NCBI GenBank assembly: GCA_036400935.1
Contig: DASWWW010000004.1
Coordinates: forward strand, 7,808-71,807
Length of the DNA: 64,000 nucleotides
Direction of reading: 5' to 3'
Origin: Minisyncoccota bacterium
Lineage (GTDB): Bacteria; Patescibacteriota; Minisyncoccia; Phycocordibacterales; UBA6065
Part shown: in pieces, positions 54,286 through 64,000 of the stretch
Layout of the letters: every line of letters starts with the position of its first letter
Position numbering within the stretch: position 1 is the first letter of the stretch
Program-made: the position numbers and the translations under genes
Notes under the pieces: generated by a model
What the model was told of the DNA's origin: nothing
What the model saw: the letters and a program-made list of their open reading frames with translations, nothing else
Databases searched by the model: none

Positions 54286-55431
54286 CTTAGTGAATTTAAT
54301 TTCTACGCCGTCCCACCATCCGTCACCATTGGTATCCATCTTTGCCGGATCGGTCTTTACGCACTGCTTGCCAGAGACCCTCGGCGCAGCGCACGCCTCT
54401 TCGAAGTCTGTAAGGCCGTCCTTGTCAGCATCGTAGGACATCGCCTGAAGCTGCGCCTCGATCTGAGAGTCGCTGGACGTCGCGGTCTTTGGCACGGACC
54501 AGATTCGCTTCGGCTCCTTGATAACCTTCCAGGCATCGCCGTCCTTTACGAAAATCAGGACGTTGCGAGTAAAGGATGTCGAGGTGGCGGAACCCTCCTT
54601 TGTCATGAGGGAGCTATAAATCGCCTGTCTGCCGTCCTGAACGCGAGACGTAAAGTCTGATTCCCGCAACGACGTGACATCGTCATACAGCGCGGCAGTT
54701 GCAGTAGCCACTTTCGCATACGAAACCGCATTCACCGCAGCAAGATCCTTGTTCTTGAGAGCAGTTACGTACGCGGTAACAATCGGCCAGAGATTTATTG
54801 AGGCACTCTGAGACGAGGTCGCAGCAGGCGTGGTAGTCGTTGCGACAACCGAAGGCGTCGAAGTCGGGACAGTAGCCGCGGGAACTGCCGCGACGGGCGC
54901 TTCGACGGCCGTCGATGTCGACACGGAAGCCGTCTGCTCTACGGACTGCACAGGGACAAGAAGGTTATCTTGGAGCTCAGCCGAACCGCTCAGGAACGGG
55001 ATCATGTCGTTCATATATGCATATGCGCCCGCTCCGCCCAAAAGCAAAAGGATGATGAGGAAAATGAGAAGGCCTCCTCCGCCCTTCTTAGCCTTAGGTG
55101 CAGCCTGGACAGGAGCCATGGCGGCAGCCGCAGCGGCCGCGGAGGTCGGCATCGTCATGACAGGAGACTTTGCGACCGCGGAAGGGGCTGATGCAAAAGA
55201 TTGAACAGGCTTGAAGGTCTGCGCGAGCTTCGAAGCGGGCTGGGCCTGCACGGGTGCGGCCGCAGGCGGAACGACAGATGCGGGAGCCGGCGCAGCATTG
55301 AGGGAGTTGAAAGCTTCCTGCGCATCAACCACGCTCCACCCTCCCGCTACAAGGCTCTGCTTGATTGCATCATCGGCTATTCCCGCCGCGCGCTCAGCCT
55401 TGATGTAGTCTGTCAATTCTTTTGTGATCAT
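54283..55431 (-). CDS. hypothetical protein with Pro/Ala-rich linker, TM helix and C-terminal Ca-binding-like DxDxDG repeats
   Basis: Start taken at MITKELTDYIK. C-terminus has DADKDGLTDFEE and DTNGDGWWDG, resembling thrombospondin type-3 or calcium-binding repeats. Confidence 0.5.
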   Translation of the reverse strand: MITKELTDYIKAERAAGIADDAIKQSLVAGGWSVVDAQEAFNSLNAAPAPASVVPPAAAPVQAQPASKLAQTFKPVQSFASAPSAVAKSPVMTMPTSAAAAAAAMAPVQAAPKAKKGGGGLLIFLIILLLLGGAGAYAYMNDMIPFLSGSAELQDNLLVPVQSVEQTASVSTSTAVEAPVAAVPAATVPTSTPSVVATTTTPAATSSQSASINLWPIVTAYVTALKNKDLAAVNAVSYAKVATATAALYDDVTSLRESDFTSRVQDGRQAIYSSLMTKEGSATSTSFTRNVLIFVKDGDAWKVIKEPKRIWSVPKTATSSDSQIEAQLQAMSYDADKDGLTDFEEACAAPRVSGKQCVKTDPAKMDTNGDGWWDGVEIKFTK

Positions 55432-55527
55432 ATGCAGAAATTGTACCGCGCGCACATGCAAACTACAACACGGCTAAGTGGAAAACACCACGAAGCCGGG
55501 CAAACGAATAAAAAAACCGCCGCAATA

Positions 55528-55794
55528 TCATGCGTCGGCCGATAATTCCGCCAGCACCGCCTGGCGGATGACGATGACAGTGCCCTGCCTTTGGATGAAC
55601 GGCTTCTTCCAATCCAGAATTCCTAAGGCTTTAACGAGGGCGCTGTATACGAGATTATTTTTTGCCCATTCCGGATCGGTGGTTCCGGAACCGATATGAC
55701 TGACAAGGAGGTCTGCCTCGGCCGGCGTATCGGCCGTGACCCTGATCCCGCGCTGCGGATTATCTCCAGCAACATTGTCTACCTCTAACCTCAT
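55528..55794 (-). CDS. small hypothetical protein (88 aa)
   Basis: Start moved to MRLEVDNV, which has AGGAGG 5 nt upstream. The longer track ORF 55528..55986 would run through the terminator at 55880-55915. Confidence 0.4.
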   Translation of the reverse strand: MRLEVDNVAGDNPQRGIRVTADTPAEADLLVSHIGSGTTDPEWAKNNLVYSALVKALGILDWKKPFIQRQGTVIVIRQAVLAELSADA

Positions 55795-55879
55795 ATGCCC
55801 TCCTGATTTTTGGATGAAGCTCCTGAATCTTTGGGCTGGAAGAGCTGCTGGTACCTTCCCAGCATACTCCCGCGATCCT

Positions 55880-55915
55880 GAAATGAAAAGCCGCCGTCTT
55901 GCGACGGCGGCTTTT
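55880..55915 (-). terminator. rho-independent terminator (minus sense)
   Basis: aagccgccgtc-gcaa-gacggcggctt followed by ttcatttc in minus sense, just after the stop of 55923..56345. Confidence 0.75.
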
Positions 55916-55922
55916 ACTAGAT

Positions 55923-56345
55923 TTAAGCCTGAGACTGTACCGCCGCCACAGAGCTCTTGTTCCAAAGGCTCTTGTAGTGCGACCAATTCTGCCAGAGGAA
56001 ATAAGCGTTGATTAGGAGCAAAACGTTGCCCATGACCGCGCCAGCTGTGAACAATCCCCCGTCGAGGAATGCGTGGAAGCCGACGATGTTTACCGTAATC
56101 GGCAGGATAAGGAGAGCCGCAAGAGCCATCCTGTTGGTGATGATGAGGTAAAGAGTGAATGCGAAGACGATCGCCATGATCCAGGTGATGTAGCCGCCCT
56201 TCATCATGATGTCAATGAAGGTAAAGGCGTCAGCGGTGTTGTACATGTCTGCGGTTGGCGCCGGGAACAAGCCGGTGACTCCGAGGATAGGGCTGATAAT
56301 CAAGAGGCCGAGGACGACCCTGAGAACGATATTGAGTGCTTTCAT
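55923..56345 (-). CDS. hypothetical 4-TM membrane protein
   Basis: 140 aa, four hydrophobic helices. DoxX-like is possible. Confidence 0.5.
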   Translation of the reverse strand: MKALNIVLRVVLGLLIISPILGVTGLFPAPTADMYNTADAFTFIDIMMKGGYITWIMAIVFAFTLYLIITNRMALAALLILPITVNIVGFHAFLDGGLFTAGAVMGNVLLLINAYFLWQNWSHYKSLWNKSSVAAVQSQA

Positions 56346-56384
56346 AACTTTATTTATTAATAATTGGCTTCACACATAATATCA

Positions 56385-57365
56385 CTATTTCAGGATCTCC
56401 CGCGCGATCACCCGGGACATCACCAGTATCTCGCCGATCGAGCCGCCACCTAGGCGGCCCTTGCCGTGCATGCCGTAGGCGCATTCGCCGAGAGCGTACA
56501 TATTCTTCACCTTCGATTCTCCCCGCTTGTTTATGCGTATGCCGCCGAGGACGAAATGAGGCTCAATATCGAGCTCGATTCTCCTGTCTCCATTCACGGC
56601 GTACCTCTTGGCGCTCCTCTGATACTCCTTGCATATGTCGTCGAATTTATGGTGAGCATTGTGGGCCCGAACCAGATGATGGGTCAACTCAAGCCTCTTG
56701 TCCTTCTCATCGACGAAATCGAAGCTGTACAAGTCGTCGCTGGGGATGCAGACGCCCTTCGAATAGAACGGGTGCCTCATCACCAGGTCCTGATACATGA
56801 CCTGGCATCCCGCCGCCCTCGCGATCTCGAACATATTGTTCTCCACTTTCTCGTCGGCAAATTTTTCAGACAGCCGCGCCCTGATCCCGCCAAAGCAGAA
56901 TACGACTTTCTTGCAGTGAATCACCTGCTTGTTTGTCTTGACCTCGATATATCCACGCTTTTTGAGCACCGATTCGACCTCAGCGTATACACGGCTGAAT
57001 TTTGATTCTGCGCGAATCTTGTCGAGCAGGGCCTTGGGATCGCTCACCTTCGCGCCCAGATACGAAGGCTCCATCTTTGTCAGGTGGCTTAGATACGTGA
57101 GCTCGTCGTCGATGGTATTTACGAATATGTTTACCAGCTGCTTGTTGCTCTTGCCGTAGCTCGCCAGATTCATAGACTCTCTGAGCGAGGTCTGCTTCAC
57201 GCCTCGCGATCGTATGTTGAAATACGATTTGTCGCTCACCGTTTTCATGTCCGGGGCAACGATGAAGAAATCCCTCTTCCCGCCCGCGAGCAGATGATGG
57301 GCAAGATAGAGCCCCGAGAAACCCGCGCCAATGATTACCGTCTCTGTTGTTGCAACTTCTTTCAT
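56385..57365 (-). CDS. FAD-binding oxidoreductase of the fumarate-reductase/NadB flavoprotein family (short form)
   Basis: N-terminal VIIGAGFSGLYLAHHL (GxGxxG) and C-terminal GECAYGMHGKGRLGGGSIGEILVMSRVIA (the HGANRLG-type FAD motif). Confidence 0.65.
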   Translation of the reverse strand: MKEVATTETVIIGAGFSGLYLAHHLLAGGKRDFFIVAPDMKTVSDKSYFNIRSRGVKQTSLRESMNLASYGKSNKQLVNIFVNTIDDELTYLSHLTKMEPSYLGAKVSDPKALLDKIRAESKFSRVYAEVESVLKKRGYIEVKTNKQVIHCKKVVFCFGGIRARLSEKFADEKVENNMFEIARAAGCQVMYQDLVMRHPFYSKGVCIPSDDLYSFDFVDEKDKRLELTHHLVRAHNAHHKFDDICKEYQRSAKRYAVNGDRRIELDIEPHFVLGGIRINKRGESKVKNMYALGECAYGMHGKGRLGGGSIGEILVMSRVIAREILK

Positions 57366-57549
57366 TTGATTGTTTTGAGATAAATAAAAAACCGCCCCGT
57401 CAGGCAGTTTTTTCAGATGAAAGAGATAGATATCTTACACGCCAAAAAAGTGCTGCCTTTTGTGCCAGGCAGGCCACCAAGTAGCATTTGTTTGATATGT
57501 GTAATTCACGTTGTGAGTATAGTAACCAGGACCGAGGAAGTCAAACAGC

Positions 57550-58050
57550 CTAGGCGCGCAAAATATTTCTGTCCAATTCCACCCTCTCATCTCTTAAGAT
57601 AAGGCCGTTCTCATCCCTCACCGGCATATTTATCCAGAGATTGGTGATTTTCGCCGACCACAATTTCTGAACACTTCCCGCCGAATAATATTCTAAAGCA
57701 ATTTCCTGCTCGCCGGCCTTTGCCCTGCAGGAATTAACAATCTCCAATCCAACCTCTAACTCCTTCCCATCAAGCACGTGACCGCCTTCGCATTTTATAA
57801 AGACTCCGCCGGATTCCGTCCTATCGAATAAAACCGCAAATATCTTGCCTGTTCTCAATATGTTTTGGGAATGCAGAGCTTCGGTATTCGAGCCCCAGTA
57901 TATGTTTTCAAGCTTCTCGTCGGAAAAAAATCTCACGGGACTATTGTGAGGCGATCCGTCCGCATTAGCAGTAGCAAGCGAAATATGCCTGCTTGTATGA
58001 ATGAGTTCCTTTGCCCTACTTATTTTTGGTTCTAAGTTTTTCATAGTCAT
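57550..58050 (-). CDS. pyridoxamine 5'-phosphate oxidase-family (general stress protein 26-like) protein
   Basis: Start at MTMKNLEP. ...HISLATANADGSPHNSPVRFF... is the PNPOx split-barrel signature. The track's longer ORF extends into the tRNA. Confidence 0.65.
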   Translation of the reverse strand: MTMKNLEPKISRAKELIHTSRHISLATANADGSPHNSPVRFFSDEKLENIYWGSNTEALHSQNILRTGKIFAVLFDRTESGGVFIKCEGGHVLDGKELEVGLEIVNSCRAKAGEQEIALEYYSAGSVQKLWSAKITNLWINMPVRDENGLILRDERVELDRNILRA

Positions 58051-58210
58051 AGTAATTATAGCAGGAAGAAGATCATGGACTCGCCCTCGACTAAACCTTC
58101 GCCGTCGCTCAGGTTTGTCTGGGCACCGCCTCGCCATCGCTCGCCGCTCGCGATATGGCTCCGGCGTTCTCGTCCAAGACGCAGGTCCACAGGACCCGCT
58201 CCGCTTCGCC

Positions 58211-58246
58211 AATGAAAAAATCACCCAATTGGGTGATTTTTTCATT
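58211..58246. terminator. perfect 16-bp palindromic bidirectional terminator downstream of tRNA-Asn
   Basis: aatgaaaaaatcaccc-aatt-gggtgattttttcatt. Confidence 0.85.
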
Positions 58247-58321
58247 GGCTCCGCGGCTTGGACTCGAACCAAGGACCCATCCCTTAACAGGGGATCGCTC
58301 TACCAGCTGAGCTACCGCGGA
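58246..58321 (-). tRNA. tRNA-Asn (anticodon GUU), CCA encoded
   Basis: Hand-folded minus sense: acceptor TCCGCGG/CCGCGGA (perfect), D-arm GCTC-AGCTGGTA-GAGC, anticodon stem ATCCC/GGGAT with loop CTGTTAA, T-arm CTTGG-TTCGAGT-CCAAG, discriminator G, CCA. Confidence 0.85.
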
Positions 58322-58484
58322 ATGTATTAACTTTTACCGTCAGACTGTTATATTAGCAGATTTTTTCGAGTAAGCAATCGCCGGCGCAGCCATACGTCTT
58401 ATGTATACGCGCGGGCCCTGCCCTTGCCCGCCATCACCCAAAAGAAAGATACCGTCCTCCTGAAACGTACTATAATAGAAGCAT

Positions 58485-59090
58485 ATGGCCGACGACACCA
58501 CACGAATGACCGAAACGGATGCGATTCTCGTACAAAAAGCCCTTGCGAACGGGGATGAATTCGCGCACTTGATCGACAGGTATCAGGAGCCTCTCAAGCG
58601 CTACATACGGCGCGTGGCGCGCCCGGGACAGGACGATCTCGACATCCTCCTTCAGGACGTCTTCATAAAGGTCTACGAGAACCTCAACGACTTCGACCAA
58701 GGGCTGCAGTTCTCTTCGTGGATATACCGAATCGCCCACAACGAGTCGATCGATTTCCTGAGGAAAAAGAAGCGCTTCGGCGCCTCGCTCGACGAAGCGA
58801 CCGGCGACGACGAATCGGCGACTCTCGGCGAGACTCTCGCTGCCGATACGGACATAGCCGGCGACGCCGACAAGTCGTACATAAAGAAAAGCATCGAGGC
58901 GGTGCTCGAGGATCTCGAGCCGAAATACCGGTCGGTGCTCGTCCTCAAATTCCTGGAAGAGAAAGACTATTGCGAGATATCCGACATCCTGAGAAAACCG
59001 CCCGGGACAGTAGCCACGCTAATACACAGGGCCAAGAAGGAGTTCAGGAGGCTGGCAGAGGAAAAAGGAATGCACCTAGGAGGAATATAA
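58485..59090 (+). CDS. ECF-subfamily RNA polymerase sigma-70 factor
   Basis: Region 2 (FSSWIYRIAHNESIDFLRKKK) and region 4 HTH (DYCEISDILRKPPGTVATLIHRAKKEF). Confidence 0.85.
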   Translation: MADDTTRMTETDAILVQKALANGDEFAHLIDRYQEPLKRYIRRVARPGQDDLDILLQDVFIKVYENLNDFDQGLQFSSWIYRIAHNESIDFLRKKKRFGASLDEATGDDESATLGETLAADTDIAGDADKSYIKKSIEAVLEDLEPKYRSVLVLKFLEEKDYCEISDILRKPPGTVATLIHRAKKEFRRLAEEKGMHLGGI

Positions 59091-59091
59091 T

Positions 59092-59793
59092 ATGAAAACA
59101 TCTCTCACATTACAAAAGCAGGTTCTCGAAAGGATCAAAGCCCAGGGCGTAAAGCCTATGCCCAAGGGCTATTTCAAGGCGCGCGAATACCTGCTCTGGG
59201 GACTCCTCGGCGTATTGGTCGCCGCGCTTGCCGTAGGATTCGGCATGATCGTATTCATGGTTAAGGGCGCCGACATGACTCTCTTTGCAAAGCTCGGCCT
59301 CACGGCGACCGAGAAGATTCTCTACACCATTCCCTTCTTCTGGATCTCGGCGACCATCATCGTCGCCACTATTGCCTACGTGAACTTCAGGACGACCCGC
59401 CTCGGCTACCGCATCAGCATACGCCAGTTCATCCTCATCGCTGCCCTCGTGGCGACCGGACTCGGCTCGGTAGCGTACGCGTCGCACTTCAGCGAGTTCA
59501 TCGACAATATCGCATCGGAAAACGTCCCTCTCTATAACGCGGTCATTCCCCTCAATACAAACACGTGGTTCGATCCTGAAAAAGGCCTCCTTTCCGGAAC
59601 GGTCCGCAGCAAGGAAAACGACAACGACTTCACCCTCCGCGATCCTGACTCGGTCCTCTGGCACGTGACAGGAAATATCGTAAAGCCCGAAGGTTTTACC
59701 TTCGGCACGGGCGACACCATCCGACTCATCGGAACAGCAAAGGACAACGACGAATTCCGCGCCATCGAAGTCGTGAATTGGAAGCCGAATTAG
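59092..59793 (+). CDS. putative membrane anti-sigma factor
   Basis: Translationally coupled to the ECF sigma factor (ATG 1 nt after its stop). Short cytoplasmic N-terminus, TM helices, and an extracytoplasmic C-domain. Confidence 0.5.
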   Translation: MKTSLTLQKQVLERIKAQGVKPMPKGYFKAREYLLWGLLGVLVAALAVGFGMIVFMVKGADMTLFAKLGLTATEKILYTIPFFWISATIIVATIAYVNFRTTRLGYRISIRQFILIAALVATGLGSVAYASHFSEFIDNIASENVPLYNAVIPLNTNTWFDPEKGLLSGTVRSKENDNDFTLRDPDSVLWHVTGNIVKPEGFTFGTGDTIRLIGTAKDNDEFRAIEVVNWKPN

Positions 59794-59825
59794 GAATTAC
59801 AGGCATTTGCAGGTAGAGTAGGGCC

Positions 59826-60587
59826 ATGGACAACGAAACTCCCATAGAAACAAAGACCCGTCTCGACGTCGCGGTACATAGCCGCGGCCTTGCCCGCTCG
59901 CGCTCTGCTGCCGTCGATCTCATAAAGCGCGAGAAGATCAAGGTAAACGGAAAGGTCATTACCAAGGGCAGCTTCGAGGTTTCCTCTTCGGACACCCTCT
60001 CTATCGACGCGCCCGAGCGATTCGTATCGCGCGCGGGCGAGAAGCTCTCGCACGCCCTCGACGCCTTCAAGATCGATGTTAAGGGCCTTGAGGCGGTAGA
60101 CATCGGCTCTTCGACCGGCGGATTCACGGACTGCCTCCTCCAGCGCGGCGCAAAGAAAGTCGTCGCCATCGACGTCGGCAACGACCAGCTCGTTTCGGAG
60201 CTGCGAAACGACCCTCGCGTCGAAGTGCACGAGGATACTAATGTCCGCTCGTTCAAGATCGCGTCACCGGTAGATATAGCCGTAATCGATGTATCGTTCA
60301 TCTCGCTCACCCTCGTCCTGCCAAAGGCGTATGAATTCCTGAAGGACGGAGGCCTCCTGAAAAAGGGCGGCATCGTCGTAGCGCTCGTAAAGCCGCAGTT
60401 CGAAGTCGGCATGGAAACGGCCAAGAAGCACCGCGGCGTGATCACGAGCGAGGGCGAGCACCGACAGGTCCTCGAGCACGTGAAATCGGTCGCCAAGGAG
60501 ATCGGTTTCAAGGTAGCAAACGAGACTCCTTCCCCTATCGAGGGCGAAAAAGGAAACAAGGAGTTTCTCCTCTATCTAAAGAAATAA
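59826..60587 (+). CDS. tlyA: TlyA-family rRNA 2'-O-methyltransferase (hemolysin A-like)
   Basis: N-terminal S4 domain (RLDVAVHSRGLARSRSAAVDLIKREKIKVNGK) plus a FtsJ-like methyltransferase (VDIGSSTGGFTDCLLQRGAKKV). Confidence 0.85.
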   Translation: MDNETPIETKTRLDVAVHSRGLARSRSAAVDLIKREKIKVNGKVITKGSFEVSSSDTLSIDAPERFVSRAGEKLSHALDAFKIDVKGLEAVDIGSSTGGFTDCLLQRGAKKVVAIDVGNDQLVSELRNDPRVEVHEDTNVRSFKIASPVDIAVIDVSFISLTLVLPKAYEFLKDGGLLKKGGIVVALVKPQFEVGMETAKKHRGVITSEGEHRQVLEHVKSVAKEIGFKVANETPSPIEGEKGNKEFLLYLKK

Positions 60588-60589
60588 TT

Positions 60590-60622
60590 TAAAGGCCCGC
60601 CTTACGGCGGGCCTTTTCTATT
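60590..60622. terminator. bidirectional rho-independent terminator
   Basis: aaaggcccgcc-ttac-ggcgggcctttt. Confidence 0.85.
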
Positions 60623-61205
60623 CAATGTTCATTCCCCACTTGTTCGAGTGAGGCAGCCTCTCTTTCTTTGAAAGAGTCAGTTGGTAGAAGCCAAAAACGA
60701 TCGTGACGAGCGTCGCGCCCATCTTGTACACGACCCATTCGTTCGAGACCAGAAGGTGCCGCGCCACTTCGTTTCCGGCAGTCAGGATGATGAACATGAC
60801 CATCCAGCGCCGCGAAAGTGTCATCCAGCCCTTGTCCGTCATGCAGAAGAGAGCCGAAAACAGGTTTTTCAGGATCGGCTGGCCGTAAACATAGAGCCCG
60901 ATGGCGATGACGAGGGCGAACCCGCCGTTATAGACCGTATCCTTGATAATGAGGTAGAACGGGTCGTCTAAAAAGATAGTGAGCGCGCCGAAACCGATCA
61001 CAGAGAGACCGGCAACAAGCGGAAACAGAGCGATCCTGCGATCCTTTATGTATGCGACAACGAGAGCGAGCGCCGTAAGACTTACAAAAATAATGGACGC
61101 TGGCATGAAACCCAAGGTGTCCGATGTGAGGAAGAAAGAGATGATAGGCCCGAACTCGATTCCCCAGCTCAGGGCAATCTTCCAAAGATCCGCTCGTTTT
61201 GACAT
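60618..61205 (-). CDS. intracellular septation protein A (YciB/IspZ family) membrane protein
   Basis: Start at MSKRADLWK. Five TM helices with YciB-like spacing. My family call is tentative. Confidence 0.5.
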   Translation of the reverse strand: MSKRADLWKIALSWGIEFGPIISFFLTSDTLGFMPASIIFVSLTALALVVAYIKDRRIALFPLVAGLSVIGFGALTIFLDDPFYLIIKDTVYNGGFALVIAIGLYVYGQPILKNLFSALFCMTDKGWMTLSRRWMVMFIILTAGNEVARHLLVSNEWVVYKMGATLVTIVFGFYQLTLSKKERLPHSNKWGMNIE

Positions 61206-61330
61206 GGCTACAATCATACCATGCAAAAATCTGACCCGTTGCCTCTTGCCAATATGGTTAAAATGTGTCAAATTAGCGCGGTAAACCTCCAACCTTTCAC
61301 TTCAGCGATCTGCACTTATTATAAAAATTC

Positions 61331-61729
61331 ATGGAATCCTTCACCCTGATTCTGTTCTCCAGAGGCGTATTTGCCCATGTCCTGGGCGTCACCGATCCCA
61401 TCAAGATCGAGCCAGTCGGGCTCAAGCGGCCGCAGGGCGAGAGCCAGACGATCGCCGCCCTGCCGGTCTGGAAGATCACGATTGGGCGGAAATACAGGCC
61501 TGAACGTGGCATGCGCTACGATCTGGGACCAGCTTCTATGATAGTAAGGAACGTCCGGCTCAACGGCGACGCGGGCAAGGAGCATCATACGTTCTATTGC
61601 GAGTCGACTTTTGAGATCCAAGGACGTGAAAAGGGACAGGATCGCAGCCAGTCCCTTATTGACGCGGGCTGGAGTCCCGCCGACCTAACATCCGACGACC
61701 TCATCGGTCTTTACGGAACCAAGTTCTAA
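61331..61729 (+). CDS. hypothetical protein
   Basis: 132 aa. A terminator follows. No motif recognised. Confidence 0.4.
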   Translation: MESFTLILFSRGVFAHVLGVTDPIKIEPVGLKRPQGESQTIAALPVWKITIGRKYRPERGMRYDLGPASMIVRNVRLNGDAGKEHHTFYCESTFEIQGREKGQDRSQSLIDAGWSPADLTSDDLIGLYGTKF

Positions 61730-61742
61730 AATCGACCGATCC

Positions 61743-61784
61743 AGCCGCTTTTATCCCATTTCGGGCCAAAAGCGGCTTTTTTAT
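61743..61784 (+). terminator. rho-independent terminator
   Basis: agccgctttt...aaaagcggct hairpin followed by tttttatt. Confidence 0.7.
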
Positions 61785-61888
61785 TGACTTATCATGCGGC
61801 TTTTGACTTTTCCCCGCTTTTTTGTTTAAATAGAGCCTCAATTTGAGCCATGGGCTCGTTTTATTTTATTTATATTTTTTAGCAATTT

Positions 61889-63691
61889 ATGGAGATTCGA
61901 AACATAGCGATCATCGCCCACGTGGACCACGGAAAGACCACGCTTATGGACGGCATCATGAAGCAGTCCGGCGTAGCCAAGGAAGGGTTCTCGATGGACT
62001 CGAACGCACTCGAGCAGGAGCGAGGAATCACCATTTACGCCAAGAACGCGTCAATCGACTACAAGGGTACCAAGATCAACATCGTGGACACCCCGGGACA
62101 CGCCGACTTCGGCTCTGAAGTAGAGCGCGTCCTCCGATCGATCGACACCGTTCTCCTCCTCGTTGACGCGCAGGAAGGCCCTATGCCCCAGACGCGCTTC
62201 GTGCTCAAGAAGTCTCTCGAGCTCGGAATGAAGCCTATCGTCCTCATCAACAAGATCGACAAGCCTGCCGCTCGACCGAAGGAAGTCCTCGACGAAATCC
62301 TCGAGCTCTTCATCGAGTTGGGCGCGACTGACGAGCAGCTCGACTTTACTACTATCTACTCGATCGGGCGCCAGGGCATCGCAAAGCGAAAGCTCACCGA
62401 CGAGTCGACGAACCTCAATCCCCTCCTCGACACCGTGCTCGAGCTTGTTCCTGCTGCGAAATCCGACACTGCTGCCCCTCTCCGCATGCAGCCTTTCAAC
62501 CTCGCGTACGATTCATATACCGGCCGACTCGGACTCGGACGAATCTACGAAGGCAAGGTCAAGGTTGGCCAGACCGTTACCATCAAGAAGCCTACCGGCG
62601 AAGTGCGAACCGGAAAGATCACCAAGCTCTACACCTTCAAGGGACTCGACCGCGAGGAGATCAATGAGGCAGGCGCGGGCGACATCGTCATGGTTGCCGG
62701 CCTTCCTGACATCTTCATCGGCGAGACCATCTGCGAGAACGCTGACCAGACCCCTCTCCACGCCATCAACGTCGACGAGCCGACTATCGCCCTCAACTTC
62801 CTCGTCAACAACTCTCCTTTCGCAGGCCGCGAAGGAAAGTTCGTCACCACCCGCCAGATCCGCGAGCGACTCGAGAAGGAGCTCGAAGTGAACGTGGGAC
62901 TCCGCATCGATTTCAATCCAGAGACTCAGCCAGGACAGCCTGATACCTTCAAGGTATTCGGCCGAGGCGAGCTCCACGTTTCCGTATTGCTCGAGACCAT
63001 GCGACGCGAAGGCTTCGAAGTCCAGGTATCGCAGCCACAGGTAATCATCAAGGAGATCGACGGCCAAAAGAACGAGCCGTTCGAGGAAGTTACCGCTGAC
63101 GTCCGAACCGACGTCTCAGGCGAAGTCATCCGCAAGCTCTCTATGCGAAAGGGCCTCATGACCAACATGGTCGAGCGAGACGGCATTACCCGCCTCACCT
63201 TCGAGATCCCAACCCGAGGTCTCCTCGGCTATCGAGGCGAGTTTGTCATCGACACCCGCGGCGAAGGCATCCTCTCTGCGCGATTCATCGGATTCCGACC
63301 GCACGTAGGCGTTATCGAGAAGCACGAGTTCGGCTCGATGATCTCTATGGAGAACGGCGACGCTGTAGGATTCGCACTCTGGAATCTCCAGGAGCGCGGA
63401 GTGCTTTATATCGGCGCAGGCGTGCCTGTCTACGAGGGAATGATCCTCGGAAACACATCTAAGGGCGACGACCTCGAGGTCAACCCTTGCAAGGGCAAGG
63501 TTCTCTCGAACTACCGATCTGCCGGAAAGGACGAGGCGATCACCCTTATCCCCCCTTACACACTGTCTATCGAGCGAGGACTCGAAATCATGCATAACGA
63601 CGACTACCTCGAGATCACCCCAACGAGCGTGCGATTGCGAAAGCAGCTCCTCAAAAAGGGCGATCGAGACAAGTCAACGAAAAAGGCGTAA
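61889..63691 (+). CDS. typA: translational GTPase TypA/BipA
   Basis: [13 protein letters not shown] (G1), DTPGHADF (G3), NKID (G4), and EF-G-like domains III-V. Confidence 0.95.
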   Translation: MEIRNIAIIAHVDHGKTTLMDGIMKQSGVAKEGFSMDSNALEQERGITIYAKNASIDYKGTKINIVDTPGHADFGSEVERVLRSIDTVLLLVDAQEGPMPQTRFVLKKSLELGMKPIVLINKIDKPAARPKEVLDEILELFIELGATDEQLDFTTIYSIGRQGIAKRKLTDESTNLNPLLDTVLELVPAAKSDTAAPLRMQPFNLAYDSYTGRLGLGRIYEGKVKVGQTVTIKKPTGEVRTGKITKLYTFKGLDREEINEAGAGDIVMVAGLPDIFIGETICENADQTPLHAINVDEPTIALNFLVNNSPFAGREGKFVTTRQIRERLEKELEVNVGLRIDFNPETQPGQPDTFKVFGRGELHVSVLLETMRREGFEVQVSQPQVIIKEIDGQKNEPFEEVTADVRTDVSGEVIRKLSMRKGLMTNMVERDGITRLTFEIPTRGLLGYRGEFVIDTRGEGILSARFIGFRPHVGVIEKHEFGSMISMENGDAVGFALWNLQERGVLYIGAGVPVYEGMILGNTSKGDDLEVNPCKGKVLSNYRSAGKDEAITLIPPYTLSIERGLEIMHNDDYLEITPTSVRLRKQLLKKGDRDKSTKKA

Positions 63692-63704
63692 AAGCAAAAT
63701 AAAA

Positions 63705-63757
63705 AGACCGTTCGCACGTCCAAGTCGGGGAGGGACTAGCGAACGGCTTTTGTTTTG
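63705..63757 (+). terminator. probable terminator (long-loop hairpin plus T-run)
   Basis: gaccgttcgc ... gcgaacggc followed by ttttgtttt. Confidence 0.55.
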
Positions 63758-63760
63758 CCT

Positions 63761-64000
63761 TTATTCCAAGATGTCGCCTTCGGCAAATGGATTCTGGCCT
63801 TTGGCCATGAATACGCGCTGGATCATGAGCGTGAAATCGTCGAGCTTTGCCTCGAACGTATCCTGCCTGTCATCCATGCGATCCATCCTTTCTTCCATTT
63901 TCTCGAATCTCTTATCCATCTGCTCAAACCCGGCGTCTATGCGCTCAAACCTCTTGTCCATCCGGTCAAAGCCTGCCCGCATCTCCTCAAAGCCCCTATC
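63761..64000 (-). CDS. repetitive MDKRFE-repeat protein, partial (N-terminus probably beyond window)
   Basis: Tandem heptad-like repeats RFERIDAGFEQMDKRFEKMEERMDRMD. The ORF abuts the right window edge. Confidence 0.35.
   Translation of the reverse strand, partial: DRGFEEMRAGFDRMDKRFERIDAGFEQMDKRFEKMEERMDRMDDRQDTFEAKLDDFTLMIQRVFMAKGQNPFAEGDILE

Noticed and set aside
55795-55986. N-terminal extension of the 55528..55986 ORF
   Set aside because: The extension would be translated through a strong intrinsic terminator (55880-55915). A good AGGAGG-ATG start exists at 55794 downstream of it.
58001-58330. 109-aa plus-strand ORF
   Set aside because: It lies entirely across tRNA-Asn and its palindromic terminator on the opposite strand.
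1-64000. CRISPR arrays, rRNA genes, transposase genes
   Set aside because: I found no direct-repeat/spacer periodicity, no rRNA-like conserved blocks and no DDE or IS transposase ORFs. The only recombinase is the island's serine integrase.

Overview
This 64 kb window is a high-GC (~60%) bacterial chromosome segment, gene-dense on both strands. Guessing from the reduced enzymes (a short ProRS with no editing domain, PriA with degenerate ATPase motifs, fused glycosyltransferases) it comes from a small-genome, possibly CPR/Patescibacteria-like organism.

Most of it is housekeeping. On the minus strand there is a dcw cell-division cluster (mraZ-rsmH-ftsL-ftsI-murF), then lysS and greA. A rod-shape cluster follows (mrdA ... 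mreD-mreC-mreB, then proS), with rseP, frr, a holB-like gene and a second mreB paralog. On the plus strand are an HTH-fused murA, a priA-like gene, def-fmt, hpf, a P-type ATPase, a polysaccharide cluster (GT2, GH8, a GT2-GT39 fusion, cytidylyltransferase, GtrA), an ECF sigma/anti-sigma pair, tlyA and typA/bipA. I found two tRNAs: Glu-CUC at 13233..13304 and Asn-GUU at 58246..58321, both on the minus strand. There is no rRNA and no CRISPR array.

The main anomaly is a ~7.7 kb low-GC (~40%) island at about 5.56-13.30 kb that abuts tRNA-Glu. It carries a large serine recombinase whose 3' end overlaps the tRNA, a TerS-like HTH protein, a small membrane peptide, a 120 bp element with 18 bp perfect inverted repeats, and a GNAT acetyltransferase. 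It also carries a 1275 aa protein with an N-terminal Mrr-like PD-(D/E)xK motif, central TPR-like repeats, a C-terminal PIN-like region and no P-loop. I consider that protein a candidate undescribed single-gene defense or toxin cargo.

Other oddities are an orphan MazF/PemK-like toxin between mrdA and the mre genes, three unrelated hairpin elements with 17-19 bp perfect inverted repeats, tandem paralogous membrane proteins, and a tiny Arg-rich ORF bracketed by two terminators.
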